The position numbers and the translations under genes were made by a program. Under the pieces are notes generated by a model. The model saw only the letters and a list, made by a program, of their open reading frames with translations. It did no database searches and was not told the DNA's origin. A stretch of DNA of 32,000 bases from an uncultured Erysipelotrichaceae bacterium (GTDB taxonomy: Bacteria; Bacillota_I; Bacilli_A; Erysipelotrichales; Erysipelotrichaceae), in assembly GCA_964401865.1 (NCBI GenBank), contig CAYNZZ010000001.1, positions 1 to 32,000 of the forward strand. The letters are read 5' to 3'. The first letter of the stretch is position 1. Each line of letters starts with the position of its first letter. Below, piece after piece: positions 1 through 9,701 of this stretch.

Positions 1-1285
1 AAATTAATAAGAATACTAAAGAAATCTTTTTATATAGTTGAATTATTCTATATCCTATCTCTAAATCAAAATAATCCAAGGTCATATCATATATTTCGCT
101 ACCATTTTCAAAGAAAGCGCTAAAATCAAAGATATTTCTTGTAACTGAATATGATAAGGCAAGCATCATTAAAATCGACAAAACCAAAAATAACCATTTT
201 AATTTATATTTTCTTATGTATTTAATTAAAATATCATTTAAAAACCATAGTGTCAGCATAATAACTAAGCCTACAACCAATCCCGATATGACTTTTCCCG
301 ATAATACACTTAGTAAATTGATAAGAGGTATTAAAAGCATTATTGAATATTCTTTAAATAATGAATCATTCTTATCTATTTGCATAAAGAAAAGGGCGAA
401 GAACAAGAAGAACATCGAAAATGTTGCAGTGGATGATGTCGCACAAGCTGCCAACATATACATCGAGCTAATATAAAAATAAGTCTTGTCATTCTCTTTA
501 AAATAATCAATTAAATGATATATAGCATACGCAACAAATAATGTCCTAATACTGTTACCATAAAAGCCAAAAACACTATTGTAATATAGCTTTCCGTAGC
601 CAAAGACAAGTATCATCAATATCGCTATATGCACAACATATTTTTTGGGAAATAATTTATTCAAAGTTTCAATACACAAGCTCACAAAAACAAAATAAAA
701 CAATACCTGAAAACACCATATAAAACCTGTAGCATAATAAAAATCTACTTTAAAGATGCTCATTAATTTGCCAAAAACAAATAATATCGTCGATGCGAGG
801 TAATAGAATGATTGAAAAGTATATTGTAAAGATATACTACGACCATAAGTCCCATAAACCACATGGTTAGTATTTAACTCATTCAAACCAATATTGCCTG
901 TAACAAGATTCAAATAGAAAGTAGAATCAAATCCATTTAATTCGCCCAATGTTGTATTAAATGAAAAATACATCAATATCGTAATAGAAATTAACAATAG
1001 TATTAAATGATATATATTAAATCTTATTCTTAATGAATTCTTTTTCTTAAAAATAAAAAATAAAGATGCCAGAAATAGCAATAAATATATACATAATATT
1101 AAATAGAACGAACAGTTTAAAGCAGTTAATATTGATGTAAGTATATAACACGACATCAATGTAAATGCATACCCAACAGGAAAATAGAAAATATATGATA
1201 TTTTCTTATTAAAAACAGACAACAAACTTTGACCTAATAATTCAAAATAGATCAATAAAATAAGTGGCAAAATAAAATATTCCAT
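1..1285 (-). CDS. Polytopic integral membrane protein, partial because the C-terminus lies outside the window. Possibly a polymerase or GT-C-type enzyme of the envelope glycan locus.
   Basis: I checked the minus strand by hand. From the ATG at 1285-1283 there are 428 codons with no in-frame stop down to position 2. The ORF is missing from the supplied track because its stop lies off-window. The product is extremely hydrophobic (MEYFILPLILLIYFELLGQSLLSVF..., ...TATFSMFFLFFALFFMQ...). The start lies 7 nt downstream of the YfhO-like stop at 1293. I recognised no family-specific motif. Confidence 0.6.
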   Translation of the reverse strand, partial: MEYFILPLILLIYFELLGQSLLSVFNKKISYIFYFPVGYAFTLMSCYILTSILTALNCSFYLILCIYLLLFLASLFFIFKKKNSLRIRFNIYHLILLLISITILMYFSFNTTLGELNGFDSTFYLNLVTGNIGLNELNTNHVVYGTYGRSISLQYTFQSFYYLASTILFVFGKLMSIFKVDFYYATGFIWCFQVLFYFVFVSLCIETLNKLFPKKYVVHIAILMILVFGYGKLYYNSVFGFYGNSIRTLFVAYAIYHLIDYFKENDKTYFYISSMYMLAACATSSTATFSMFFLFFALFFMQIDKNDSLFKEYSIMLLIPLINLLSVLSGKVISGLVVGLVIMLTLWFLNDILIKYIRKYKLKWLFLVLSILMMLALSYSVTRNIFDFSAFFENGSEIYDMTLDYFDLEIGYRIIQLYKKISLVFLLI

Positions 1286-1292
1286 TTTTACA

Positions 1293-3632
1293 TTATAAAC
1301 TATAATTGTTTTTATTTTTTAAATCAGTTATCAAAAGAAATAGAAACACTACAAAACCGAGCATGCTCATTGCACATCCTAATTTAAAACCTTGCGGAAC
1401 ATACCACATTTCTATTGTATGTTTTCCCTCATCCATTAATAATCCAATAAAACCATAATCAACATTAAAAAAATCAGTCTCTATTCCGTCAACTAATATT
1501 TTCCAGCCCTTATCATAAGGGATAGAAATAAACAAAACTTCTTTTTCATCACACGATATATAAGCATTGACATTGTTATTATTTACTTGTTCACTAACTA
1601 TCATTTGATCTTTCTTACTAGGGACAATGTCTTTTGTCAATTCATACAAACTATCATCTACAATTAAAACATTATTCCAATCAAAACCACTATCTATTAC
1701 ATTACTTTTTATATCTTTTTTGTTGATGAATTTGGAATAAGTATGCCCTATATGATTATAGTCATTTAATTTGTAAATCCTGACATGATTTATGTCATAG
1801 GCATAACTATATTTATTTATCGTATCTAATTCTTCTTCACTTACCACGCCGACATATTTTACGCCTAACATTTTCCATATCGACGGATCAGAAACATCAA
1901 ATAGATGATCGGTCAATTGAGAATTAGTTTTCACCACAAATTCCTTCATAGAGTTTTCATATGTACTATCATAGGTATACAAACTCATAAAATTATATTC
2001 CATGCCAACATTCCTGTTTAAAACACTGGCGTTTTCTGGTGGAAAGTTTTCATATCCGATATACTGTCTGTACATTTTATCTTCATCAATACTTTTAAAA
2101 TATTCTATATATTCCTTGCTAATTCCTTCGCTTTTATTTATGTATGCTTGACCCGATATCGTTATCGTTGCATAAAAAACGACTTCCAGAATCGAAATCA
2201 TATAAACCATTAGTCTTTTTTTCTTTGACATTAAAAAGAGGGAAAATAGTCCTATTACAACACCTATTATCAATAAAATAACGGTATTAATGTGTTGCTC
2301 TTTTATATATCCAAGAACAATCGACAAAAATGTGGAAAATAAACATAATATAACCAACGATACTCCAACTTTTTTGTAAATATCGTCGTCATGCTCTTCA
2401 TCCATTACCTTTGCCGAACATAAAATAATTATAAAATTTAAAATAAATGTAGCTCTAGTAGAAGGAGTTGTGAACGCAAACATAATTGAATTTAGCGGCA
2501 AAAACATTACGAACGTGAACAATAAGCCTAATAAAAATATCAAGGTTTTTCTCTCTTTTATTTTCTTATCTACTATCAAAATGAGTATCCCAATGACACT
2601 CAATACTCCATTATATATTGAGTAATAATATGTTATACCTGAATTGTCAGTATTCATTATCTCTTCAAAAGGATTAAATATATGCAAATTTTGAGCGATT
2701 GGAATCAAACTGTAATATATTAAACCTGTCCATGTTTTAAGTGGCCATGTCATAATTCCGGTAAGTTCATTATATGAAAGTCTTGTATTACCTAAAATAA
2801 AAAATATTCCCGGAAGCACAACAACCCCACTCATAAAAAAGCCTACAATAAACGAGATAATTAATTTGCATGATTTTTTCAAATAGTCAAAAAAGTGAAA
2901 TCCTCTTCTTTCATCTTTTTTATAACAACTCCAAACAAAATAAAAAGGTAAAAAAACCGTAACTGAAAACAAAAGATAATAATTTTGCAAAAATAAGATA
3001 CACACAATTAACGAGAATAAAGAAAGCTTACCATGTTTCAAATACTTTTCCACTCCCAAAAACAATAATGGCAAGAAAGCATAAAAACGATGAAACATCG
3101 GGTAGCAAAAGAATATTGTCGCACCTCCACCGATTGAATAAATTATAGAAAAAGTAATCAATACTCCTCTTCTTTTTATTCCCATTTCTTTTAAATATGC
3201 ATACATAGAAAAAGAACTTATATAGACGCACATTATGGTTTCTAACAACATAAAATCTAATATTCTATTTCTAAAAATGAGCAATAGCGGAAAGAAAATA
3301 GATCCAGTACAATAATACAATTTCGAAGCAAAAAAATTTGTTCCCAAGAATGTATTCCATGAATAAAACGGCATAGCTCCATCTTTTAATCCCGTTAACA
3401 ACCGAGCATATTCTTCGTAGAATTGCGATATTTGAAAAAGATGATCATTATTTAATGACAGCAAGTACTTAGTATCTGTCCACAAATATGCACAAAATAC
3501 TATGCATACAATTGCTGATACGATTAAAAATAAAAGACTGTATTCCTTAAATGTTTTTTTATCTTTCCTAATCATTTTTGACATATCGTTTGCCTTTCTT
3601 CGCTTTATTTTTCGCGCATAATCTTTATTCAT
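1293..3632 (-). CDS. YfhO-family polytopic membrane protein, a putative extracytoplasmic glycosyltransferase for teichoic-acid-type polymers.
   Basis: The 779-aa ORF has many TM helices followed by a roughly 250-aa C-terminal soluble part and a final TM. The N-terminal motif GAMPFYSWNTFLGTNFFASKLYYCTGSIFFPLLL matches the YfhO hallmark (..YSW..GLG.NF....AYY..SP). Size and topology are typical of the family. Confidence 0.75.
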   Translation of the reverse strand: MNKDYARKIKRRKANDMSKMIRKDKKTFKEYSLLFLIVSAIVCIVFCAYLWTDTKYLLSLNNDHLFQISQFYEEYARLLTGLKDGAMPFYSWNTFLGTNFFASKLYYCTGSIFFPLLLIFRNRILDFMLLETIMCVYISSFSMYAYLKEMGIKRRGVLITFSIIYSIGGGATIFFCYPMFHRFYAFLPLLFLGVEKYLKHGKLSLFSLIVCILFLQNYYLLFSVTVFLPFYFVWSCYKKDERRGFHFFDYLKKSCKLIISFIVGFFMSGVVVLPGIFFILGNTRLSYNELTGIMTWPLKTWTGLIYYSLIPIAQNLHIFNPFEEIMNTDNSGITYYYSIYNGVLSVIGILILIVDKKIKERKTLIFLLGLLFTFVMFLPLNSIMFAFTTPSTRATFILNFIIILCSAKVMDEEHDDDIYKKVGVSLVILCLFSTFLSIVLGYIKEQHINTVILLIIGVVIGLFSLFLMSKKKRLMVYMISILEVVFYATITISGQAYINKSEGISKEYIEYFKSIDEDKMYRQYIGYENFPPENASVLNRNVGMEYNFMSLYTYDSTYENSMKEFVVKTNSQLTDHLFDVSDPSIWKMLGVKYVGVVSEEELDTINKYSYAYDINHVRIYKLNDYNHIGHTYSKFINKKDIKSNVIDSGFDWNNVLIVDDSLYELTKDIVPSKKDQMIVSEQVNNNNVNAYISCDEKEVLFISIPYDKGWKILVDGIETDFFNVDYGFIGLLMDEGKHTIEMWYVPQGFKLGCAMSMLGFVVFLFLLITDLKNKNNYSL

Positions 3633-3673
3633 TCTATTGATTGATTCTTAATGTATAATTTATTATATCAATA

Positions 3674-5518
3674 TTGGAGGATGCCAAGTTGTTTAATTTA
3701 TTACTAACACTATCAATTTTAATTATTATATCTTATTTTATATGTGATGTTTTCGATACTACATTTGGGAAATCTATCCCGTTTGCATATGTAATTATCA
3801 CTTTAGTTCAATATATTTCTGCTATTTTAGGAAAATTATCGTACTATAAATATTTAATTCTTTTATTGTGTATTTTTATTCTGTTATTCATCGTTTTTAA
3901 ACATAAAAACAGTTTGTCTTCTATATTTAAAAATAAAAAGTTTTTTTCTGTATCTTTGGTCATTTTTATTCTATTATTCACATACTTGTATTTTGCATTA
4001 TCTAATGTTTATCTTTCGAATATAGATGATATTGGATATTGGGGTTCTAGATTAAAAGACATGTTTAATTATGACAAATTATATGAAACTTCCAAATATA
4101 CAATTTTCGGCGGTAGAGGATACCCTCCTTTTACGCATCTGTTAGAATTTGCATTTCTAAAACTTCTCGGTTCTTTCAAAGAACCTTATATGATAATCGC
4201 TTTGTCATCTTTTTCCTGTTCTTTTTTCATGCCTTTGTTTGATCGTTTTACTTTCAAATTAGAAGATATATTAAAAGCGACTATGCAACTTATTTTCATC
4301 ATTGCGCTGCTTTTATGTGTTTCTTTAAATCCCACAAACCATAATCCATCTTACATATTCAATTCAATTTATGTCGACTGGTTGCTTTCAATAGCTTTAA
4401 TGTATGCATTTTATTCAATATATCATTTCAGGCACGACAAAATTTTTGATTATATAAATATAGGCATGGCATCATTCGTTTTGATTTTCACAAAACAAAT
4501 TGGATTCGCATTATTTATTCTTGTGATAACAACCTTGTTGTTTAAATTGATTATTTCAAAGGAAGTCAATCATAAATCCTTTTTACATTATTTTATTCTT
4601 TGTATCATTATTCCCTTTTCCATATATTATTCTTGGATACTGTATGCTAATCATATTTTCAATCCATCTTCGATTAATTACAGTATAGCCAATTCGATAC
4701 CTGTCGGTTCAACTTTCGTTAGTCAAAGCTTTACAGAAGATGGAATTCTATTGTTTTCCAAGTTCTTTCGTGCTATTTTTACCGAAACCATAATGTCTCA
4801 TCCAATTAATTTATCGTATTTTATAATAATATTATCTATTTCCGTTTTTTTGATTCTTTTTGGGGTATTTTGTAAAGAAGATAAATCATTTTATGCAATT
4901 CCAGTTTTTTTCTTTCTGGGTTCAATCGGCTACGCACTAGGAATATTGCTTTCTTATATTTCTATATTTTCTGATGGGCATTCTCTACCTCTTTATGGCA
5001 GATATATGCAGACATATACTTTTTTCGGTTTTTTATTAATATTTGTCTTAATATATGAAAAAATTAATAGCAAGAAATTAATGCTGGCATTAACTATTTT
5101 TTCATTTAATTTTGTCAATCTAGATTCAGTCGATTATATAATATATAACAAAAATAGAGAAATGTATAAATCAAAAGAAAGAACAGGAATCGGCAATTGG
5201 ATTAATAATGAATATAACTATCAAAACATAATTGTGGTAAATCAAACAGATATGGTTTATTTTAGCTTGCTAAAAAACTTATTTGGCGAAAAAGGCATGA
5301 ATGTCACATATATCCAATCTGTGGACAGTGAGTCAAAAACAAGTTTTATTAATCTATTAAAAGAAAACGAATTCATCCTAATAGGTGATTCGGATGACCG
5401 TTTCAACAATTTATGGAACGAAATAACTAACATTCCTCCTTATAATTCGACGCTTTATAAAATTTCAATCAACGAAAATGATATTGCTCTAGAAATGGTA
5501 TACACTTGGGATGAATAG
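3674..5518 (+). CDS. Polytopic membrane protein, GT-C (ArnT/PMT_2-like) glycosyltransferase candidate. It is the only plus-strand gene in the window.
   Basis: The ORF encodes 614 aa: about 470 aa of TM helices, then a soluble tail of about 140 aa. The first loop carries SNIDDIGYWGSRLKDMF...GRGYPPFTHLL. This resembles the acidic DD/DE motif plus downstream PP(L/F) motif of ArnT/PMT-type GT-C enzymes. The track start at 3674 is a TTG. A GGAGG sequence at 3676-3680 sits 8 nt before an in-frame TTG at 3689, which is the more likely start. TATAAT at 3654-3659 is a possible -10 element. Confidence 0.55.
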   Translation: MEDAKLFNLLLTLSILIIISYFICDVFDTTFGKSIPFAYVIITLVQYISAILGKLSYYKYLILLLCIFILLFIVFKHKNSLSSIFKNKKFFSVSLVIFILLFTYLYFALSNVYLSNIDDIGYWGSRLKDMFNYDKLYETSKYTIFGGRGYPPFTHLLEFAFLKLLGSFKEPYMIIALSSFSCSFFMPLFDRFTFKLEDILKATMQLIFIIALLLCVSLNPTNHNPSYIFNSIYVDWLLSIALMYAFYSIYHFRHDKIFDYINIGMASFVLIFTKQIGFALFILVITTLLFKLIISKEVNHKSFLHYFILCIIIPFSIYYSWILYANHIFNPSSINYSIANSIPVGSTFVSQSFTEDGILLFSKFFRAIFTETIMSHPINLSYFIIILSISVFLILFGVFCKEDKSFYAIPVFFFLGSIGYALGILLSYISIFSDGHSLPLYGRYMQTYTFFGFLLIFVLIYEKINSKKLMLALTIFSFNFVNLDSVDYIIYNKNREMYKSKERTGIGNWINNEYNYQNIIVVNQTDMVYFSLLKNLFGEKGMNVTYIQSVDSESKTSFINLLKENEFILIGDSDDRFNNLWNEITNIPPYNSTLYKISINENDIALEMVYTWDE

Positions 5519-5586
5519 TTCAGTGGTCATTTTTTAACATATTTACACCTATTTCTCGTAAAAATCATGGCTTCGCTTATATAAAA

Positions 5587-6254
5587 TTAAAACTTTCTTT
5601 CTCCATCGTGAGCAAGTAAATTTATATTTAATACACCTTCAATTGTCGACAAGTCGTTCACCAACTGCTTTTCGTTTTTTGTTCTGATTTCAAATATCAT
5701 ATCAATTCCAGAATTATTTAAGTTTTTAGACTTAATATTGCTTTTTGCATATTTATTTATAGTAGTTCTAATCTCGTCTTCTGCATTTACATCTTTTGCA
5801 TTTACTACTAATAAAAGCGATGCCTTTTTATTGGGAATTAAATCCAATGTAAATAATAATATTGTAATAACAAGCGACATAATCAATGCTATATCAAAAA
5901 TACCAGCCCCACAAATAATGCCTATACTTATTGACCAAAACAAAAAAAGTAAATCAAGGGAACTTTTTATAGCATTTCTAAAACGAACGATAGATAAGGC
6001 ACCAACCATTCCTAAGGAAATAACAACACTTGACTGCATAGCTAAAACAATGCCAGATGTAACTATTGGCAAACAAGCTAATGTGTTATAAAATCTTTAG
6101 AATAAAAAGTTGATTTGCTTTTTAAACGATATACTTCGTATACATATAATCCCAAAATTAAAGAAATCCCTAGAACAACCAAAATATCCGCGGTGCTTAT
6201 ATCACTGTTGAATCCATTTAATATTGAATCTTTTATTACATCTTCGAATGTCAT
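5587..6254 (-). pseudogene. DUF4956-family membrane protein, interrupted by a 1-nt frameshift. This could be a pseudogene, a sequencing error or a slippage site.
   Basis: The track ORF 5587..6072 contains the DUF4956 hallmark SLGMVGALSIVRFRNAIKS, but it begins at a TTG inside a TM segment. The missing N-terminus (MTFEDVIKDSILNGFNSDISTADILVVLGISLILGLYVYEVYRLKSKSTFYSKDF...) is encoded from the ATG at 6254. That ATG lies 2 nt after the VTC stop and 8 nt after a GGGGG SD-like run. This frame ends at a TAG at 6080-6078. Adding one T to the T4 run (minus strand, 6093-6090) joins the two frames into ...YSKDFYNTLACLPIVTSGIVLAMQ..., giving a 222-aa protein. Confidence 0.75.
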
Positions 6255-6256
6255 TG

Positions 6257-6946
6257 TTAAATCCCCCTCATAACTCTAGATATATAATACTTTGAAAATG
6301 CAGTTTGCATTAAATTATTTAACTCAAGTTGTTGACTGATATGATCGGGCAATATTTCGTCATATTTCACTTCTAATATATGCTTTCCACTTTCTAATAC
6401 AGGCATTGCATATGTATTTTCATCAAAAAAACGATCAAATCTATACGATGCTCTAATGTTTCTATCAAACGTGATTCTTACATTTCCTACGGCATAAACG
6501 AATGCGCTACGATCATATTCAACTAATACTTTTGGTCGCAAATAAGACATGTTATATTCTAGAAAAAATCTTCTTAAAACTTTGTCGTCTTTTAATTCAG
6601 CATAATTTAGCTGCTCGCCCTTTATCAAACTAATAAATAACCCTCTTGAAATATTACAACTTTCTTTTTTTGTCATTCCATTTAATTTGTGCTTTATTTC
6701 AAGTTTGATCATGCTGTCTGAACCATTATATATTCTAATTCTTACTTTAAAACGATTATTTGAGCCGCTTTCATTTTCATGCAAATATCTGTCATTGTAA
6801 TCGTCAAAATATATGCTTCTAATATTATATGAATTATTACTGCTAACATTTTTATCATAAGACAAAATATTTTTCAATCGACTGTTCAGTATTTCGATTT
6901 CATATTCATTTACAATGAATTTAAGCTCGTTTCTATATTCCATCAT
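6257..6946 (-). CDS. VTC-domain (CYTH/TTM-like) protein, polyphosphate-polymerase-domain-containing.
   Basis: The 229-aa soluble protein has an N-terminal YRNELKFIV, an E-x-K beta-strand motif of the CYTH type. It continues with alternating charged strands (IRSIYFDD, FKVRIRIY, IKLEIKHK, ILEVKY) typical of the bacterial VTC family. It overlaps the CotH gene by 4 nt (ATGA) and is followed by a DUF4956 gene, which is the usual partner arrangement. Confidence 0.7.
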   Translation of the reverse strand: MMEYRNELKFIVNEYEIEILNSRLKNILSYDKNVSSNNSYNIRSIYFDDYNDRYLHENESGSNNRFKVRIRIYNGSDSMIKLEIKHKLNGMTKKESCNISRGLFISLIKGEQLNYAELKDDKVLRRFFLEYNMSYLRPKVLVEYDRSAFVYAVGNVRITFDRNIRASYRFDRFFDENTYAMPVLESGKHILEVKYDEILPDHISQQLELNNLMQTAFSKYYISRVMRGI

Positions 6947-8508
6947 TTACCCTTTTCATAACCATAATACTTATCCAATAATTCTATTCTATTTTCTATA
7001 AATTTACGAATTATTTTAACATCATTTTCAAAAAAATTAATATTATCATCATACCATTTTGAATATTCTCTTATAATTGCTCCACCATTTTTTACATCCA
7101 AATAATGTTTGTCCAAGATATCATTAAGAACGTCGAGATTATAAAAACTATTTCTTGCTTCTTTATATATAGATTTTTGAATTAAGAAATAGTCCGTACT
7201 ATTCAATACGCTTGGAGGTAAAAAATCATCGCCATATATCCCGTCAATAGAAGTCGCCCCAAAGAAATCTTCCCCTAAAGAATAATCTAAATCCCAAGGA
7301 TGTTTTTTTAATAAATAACTTTTATCGTTTTGCTTAATAAATTGCAATATCTGGTTTTTAGTTCCGTTGTCTGCTGCGCCAATCAAATTTAAAAGAACGG
7401 TATATTTTGCACTTGATTCAATATCAAAACTAATTTCCGTGTCTAGTTTTTCTACATCAAAAAAACTTGGAACTTCACTATAACCATACACTTCATACAC
7501 CGTTTTTCTGAGTATATCTATCGCTTTGTTATAATCTATCAATTCATGACTAACTATATTAAACTCATCAATATATTGCTTTTTTTCAGAAATGTCATTG
7601 AATATTTCTCTTTGTTCAAAATTAGCGCGATATAACTTTATTTTAGTCAATAAATCTTCACTTTTTTTCATTTTAAAAAACTTGTAATCATAAGGAACCT
7701 GGAGATTATACAAGCCCAGATATTCTTCATTTATTATTACTTCGCAATATTGAAGATTTTCATCGTTATACCCATAAAAATTGTTTAAAACGTCATACGA
7801 AAACTGTTCTCTAATTTTCGAATCGTCAATAAACATCGCATTTAAAATCCAGTCATCATCTTTTCGCATATCAGCAAGAGATGAACTATATTTATCATCT
7901 GTATTTTGCTTCAAATTTATTTTATATGACTTTTTTGGAAACAAAACACTTGTTCCGCCACGAACATGATAGTATATATCAAATTTTTCTTCATTTACTA
8001 TCCCATACCTTCCTTTATTACCGATATCAATAATTCTAAATTTAGCTAAAATATCCTCTTGATTCGAACCGTCAATATCACATATTTCCACTACAGGCAT
8101 ATTAGATAAATTTATATATACTGTTTTATAATAATTATTATCATAAATTAAAACAGCTAATTTTTTTCCGCTTTTCATCATTTCCTGTTTGGATTCATCT
8201 GTATCTTTTATTATTGCTATTTTACGCTTCGGACAAGTTAATAAACCATTAAAACTTTCATCAACCTCTTGAGGTAGTATATATTCATCATATCCATTTG
8301 TAAAAGGGAGCTTAATTTTATTGTAATACAGGTCAATTTTCTCGTCATCATATTGTCTAGTTGTTCTTATTTTATCGGCCTCATCTTCTGAAATAGTTTG
8401 ATTACCATATACATAATTGATATCTGTATATGCATTTTTATATATAATTCCAAAAATAATAACAAAGCTAAATATAACCATTAGTAATTTGTCTTTTTTC
8501 ACGGGCAT
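6943..8508 (-). CDS. cotH: CotH-family atypical protein kinase with an N-terminal membrane anchor.
   Basis: The 521-aa product has an N-terminal hydrophobic segment (LLMVIFSFVIIFGIIY). CotH-like blocks are present: KKSYKINL, DDWILNAMFIDDSKIREQFSYDVLN, LGLYNLQVPYD and the C-terminal HPWDLDYSLG (the D-x-D-x-S-x-G type block). Confidence 0.75.
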   Translation of the reverse strand: MPVKKDKLLMVIFSFVIIFGIIYKNAYTDINYVYGNQTISEDEADKIRTTRQYDDEKIDLYYNKIKLPFTNGYDEYILPQEVDESFNGLLTCPKRKIAIIKDTDESKQEMMKSGKKLAVLIYDNNYYKTVYINLSNMPVVEICDIDGSNQEDILAKFRIIDIGNKGRYGIVNEEKFDIYYHVRGGTSVLFPKKSYKINLKQNTDDKYSSSLADMRKDDDWILNAMFIDDSKIREQFSYDVLNNFYGYNDENLQYCEVIINEEYLGLYNLQVPYDYKFFKMKKSEDLLTKIKLYRANFEQREIFNDISEKKQYIDEFNIVSHELIDYNKAIDILRKTVYEVYGYSEVPSFFDVEKLDTEISFDIESSAKYTVLLNLIGAADNGTKNQILQFIKQNDKSYLLKKHPWDLDYSLGEDFFGATSIDGIYGDDFLPPSVLNSTDYFLIQKSIYKEARNSFYNLDVLNDILDKHYLDVKNGGAIIREYSKWYDDNINFFENDVKIIRKFIENRIELLDKYYGYEKGK

Positions 8509-8543
8509 AATTCCCTTTCTTTACTCACTTAATTTCTTGTCGT

Positions 8544-9701
8544 TTATAATAAATACAAAATATTTTTTTTGATTTCCTCAACACTAGTTCCTGCTGTGCT
8601 GAAATGGTTTTCTTTTAATATCCTATAACTAGGACTATTATCTCCACATATTCCAAGTATTGGTTTATCCAATAATAGATATTCAGTTATTTTTGATGGC
8701 AAATATGGTTGAATTTCTTCGTTTTCCATAATCGTATCAAATAAAACTAAAATATCTGCATTTTTCATGATATTTATTGATTCTTCATAAGAAACCTTAG
8801 GATGAACGATAAAAACATCTTCTAAATTATATTCTTTTATTTTCTTAATATCATATGGTTGTATTTCTGAATATTGATGAAAAACAATCTTTTTAGCTAA
8901 ATCTTTATCTTCTTCTTTCAATTCTTTTAATGCTAATAAGAAATTATCGATTTTTCTAAGACCATATAATCTTCCCAAATGAACCGCCTGTTTAGGAGTG
9001 TTATCTACTTTGGGCGCATTCATCAAATCTTTATACATCTTCCATTCAGGAATATAGGTCAATGGTTCGATTTTACATTTTGAAAGGTATTTATTCCCAT
9101 CGGGATATTGTTTCAAAGTAAAATCTCTTTGTTCCTCACAAATAAAAATTAATTCATCAGCATTTTTAATCGCTACTTCTTCATATCGATTATTCATATA
9201 TATAAAAGAGCCTGCATGAAATGCAACCCTGTAGAAAATGCTCCTGTTCTTTAGATCAGGATCTTTTTTATACGGGCTGTTTTTAATCGAATCACTAAAG
9301 GAAGCTCGCCATTTAATATTAGGATATTTCTTTTTGATTTTATAACCACAAATATGTGTTATGCCAGGAACAGACGAAGTATATATTTCATCATATTTTG
9401 TTTTTTCAAACATTTTTAACGATTCTTTAACATACTTTCGCATATAATAAAAACTCTTTAATATTCTTAAAGGATATTTAATAGCTATGCAATCATCATA
9501 ATCACATAAATATTTAATATGAAACTTATTGTAATTTTTATCGTTTTTTAGTTCTTCTTTAATCCCTAAGTCTTCTTTACCTTTTAAAGCCAAAACATCG
9601 AAATCACAATCAAGTTTTCTTAATCTTTTGTAAGTAAGAAGGGTAACTGTATCATTATACGGAACAAATCCCCCTGGAATTACCAATACTTTTTTAGTCA
9701 T
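8544..9701 (-). CDS. GT-B fold glycosyltransferase-like protein (group-1/GT4-like C-terminal half).
   Basis: The 385-aa product has an N-terminal Rossmann-like start (KKVLVIPGGFVPYNDTVT). The C-terminal half (VHLGRLYGLRKIDNFLLALKEL..., ADILVLFDT..., YLPSKITEYLLLDKPILG) resembles the donor-binding half of group-1 glycosyltransferases. It overlaps the DUF2304 gene by 8 nt. The exact family is not resolved. Confidence 0.5.
   Translation of the reverse strand: MTKKVLVIPGGFVPYNDTVTLLTYKRLRKLDCDFDVLALKGKEDLGIKEELKNDKNYNKFHIKYLCDYDDCIAIKYPLRILKSFYYMRKYVKESLKMFEKTKYDEIYTSSVPGITHICGYKIKKKYPNIKWRASFSDSIKNSPYKKDPDLKNRSIFYRVAFHAGSFIYMNNRYEEVAIKNADELIFICEEQRDFTLKQYPDGNKYLSKCKIEPLTYIPEWKMYKDLMNAPKVDNTPKQAVHLGRLYGLRKIDNFLLALKELKEEDKDLAKKIVFHQYSEIQPYDIKKIKEYNLEDVFIVHPKVSYEESINIMKNADILVLFDTIMENEEIQPYLPSKITEYLLLDKPILGICGDNSPSYRILKENHFSTAGTSVEEIKKNILYLL

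Noticed and set aside
216-476. Short ORFs from the track that lie antisense to, or out of frame within, long genes. They are 216..476+, 3028..3231-, 5738..6091+, 7781..7969+, 9848..10099-, 11774..11956+, 13498..13701+, 13894..14079+, 14489..14737+, 17712..17897-, 20488..20751+, 20965..21150+, 23044..23268+, 23661..23873+, 24396..24584+, 25942..26235+, 26503..26694+, 27747..27956+, 28528..28740+, 30885..31169+, 31185..31433+ and 31674..31862+.
   Set aside because: Each is fully or largely embedded in a much longer ORF with clear family motifs, on the opposite strand or in another frame. Their translations are low-complexity (rich in I/F/L/S/N), as expected for shadow frames in AT-rich DNA. None has an SD or a recognisable motif.
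5519-5586. The convergent intergenic region between the plus-strand GT-C-like gene and the DUF4956 gene, considered as a bidirectional terminator.
   Set aside because: Only 4-bp stems can be drawn (for example TGAA-tag-TTCA), although a T6 run follows on the plus strand. This is too weak to call.
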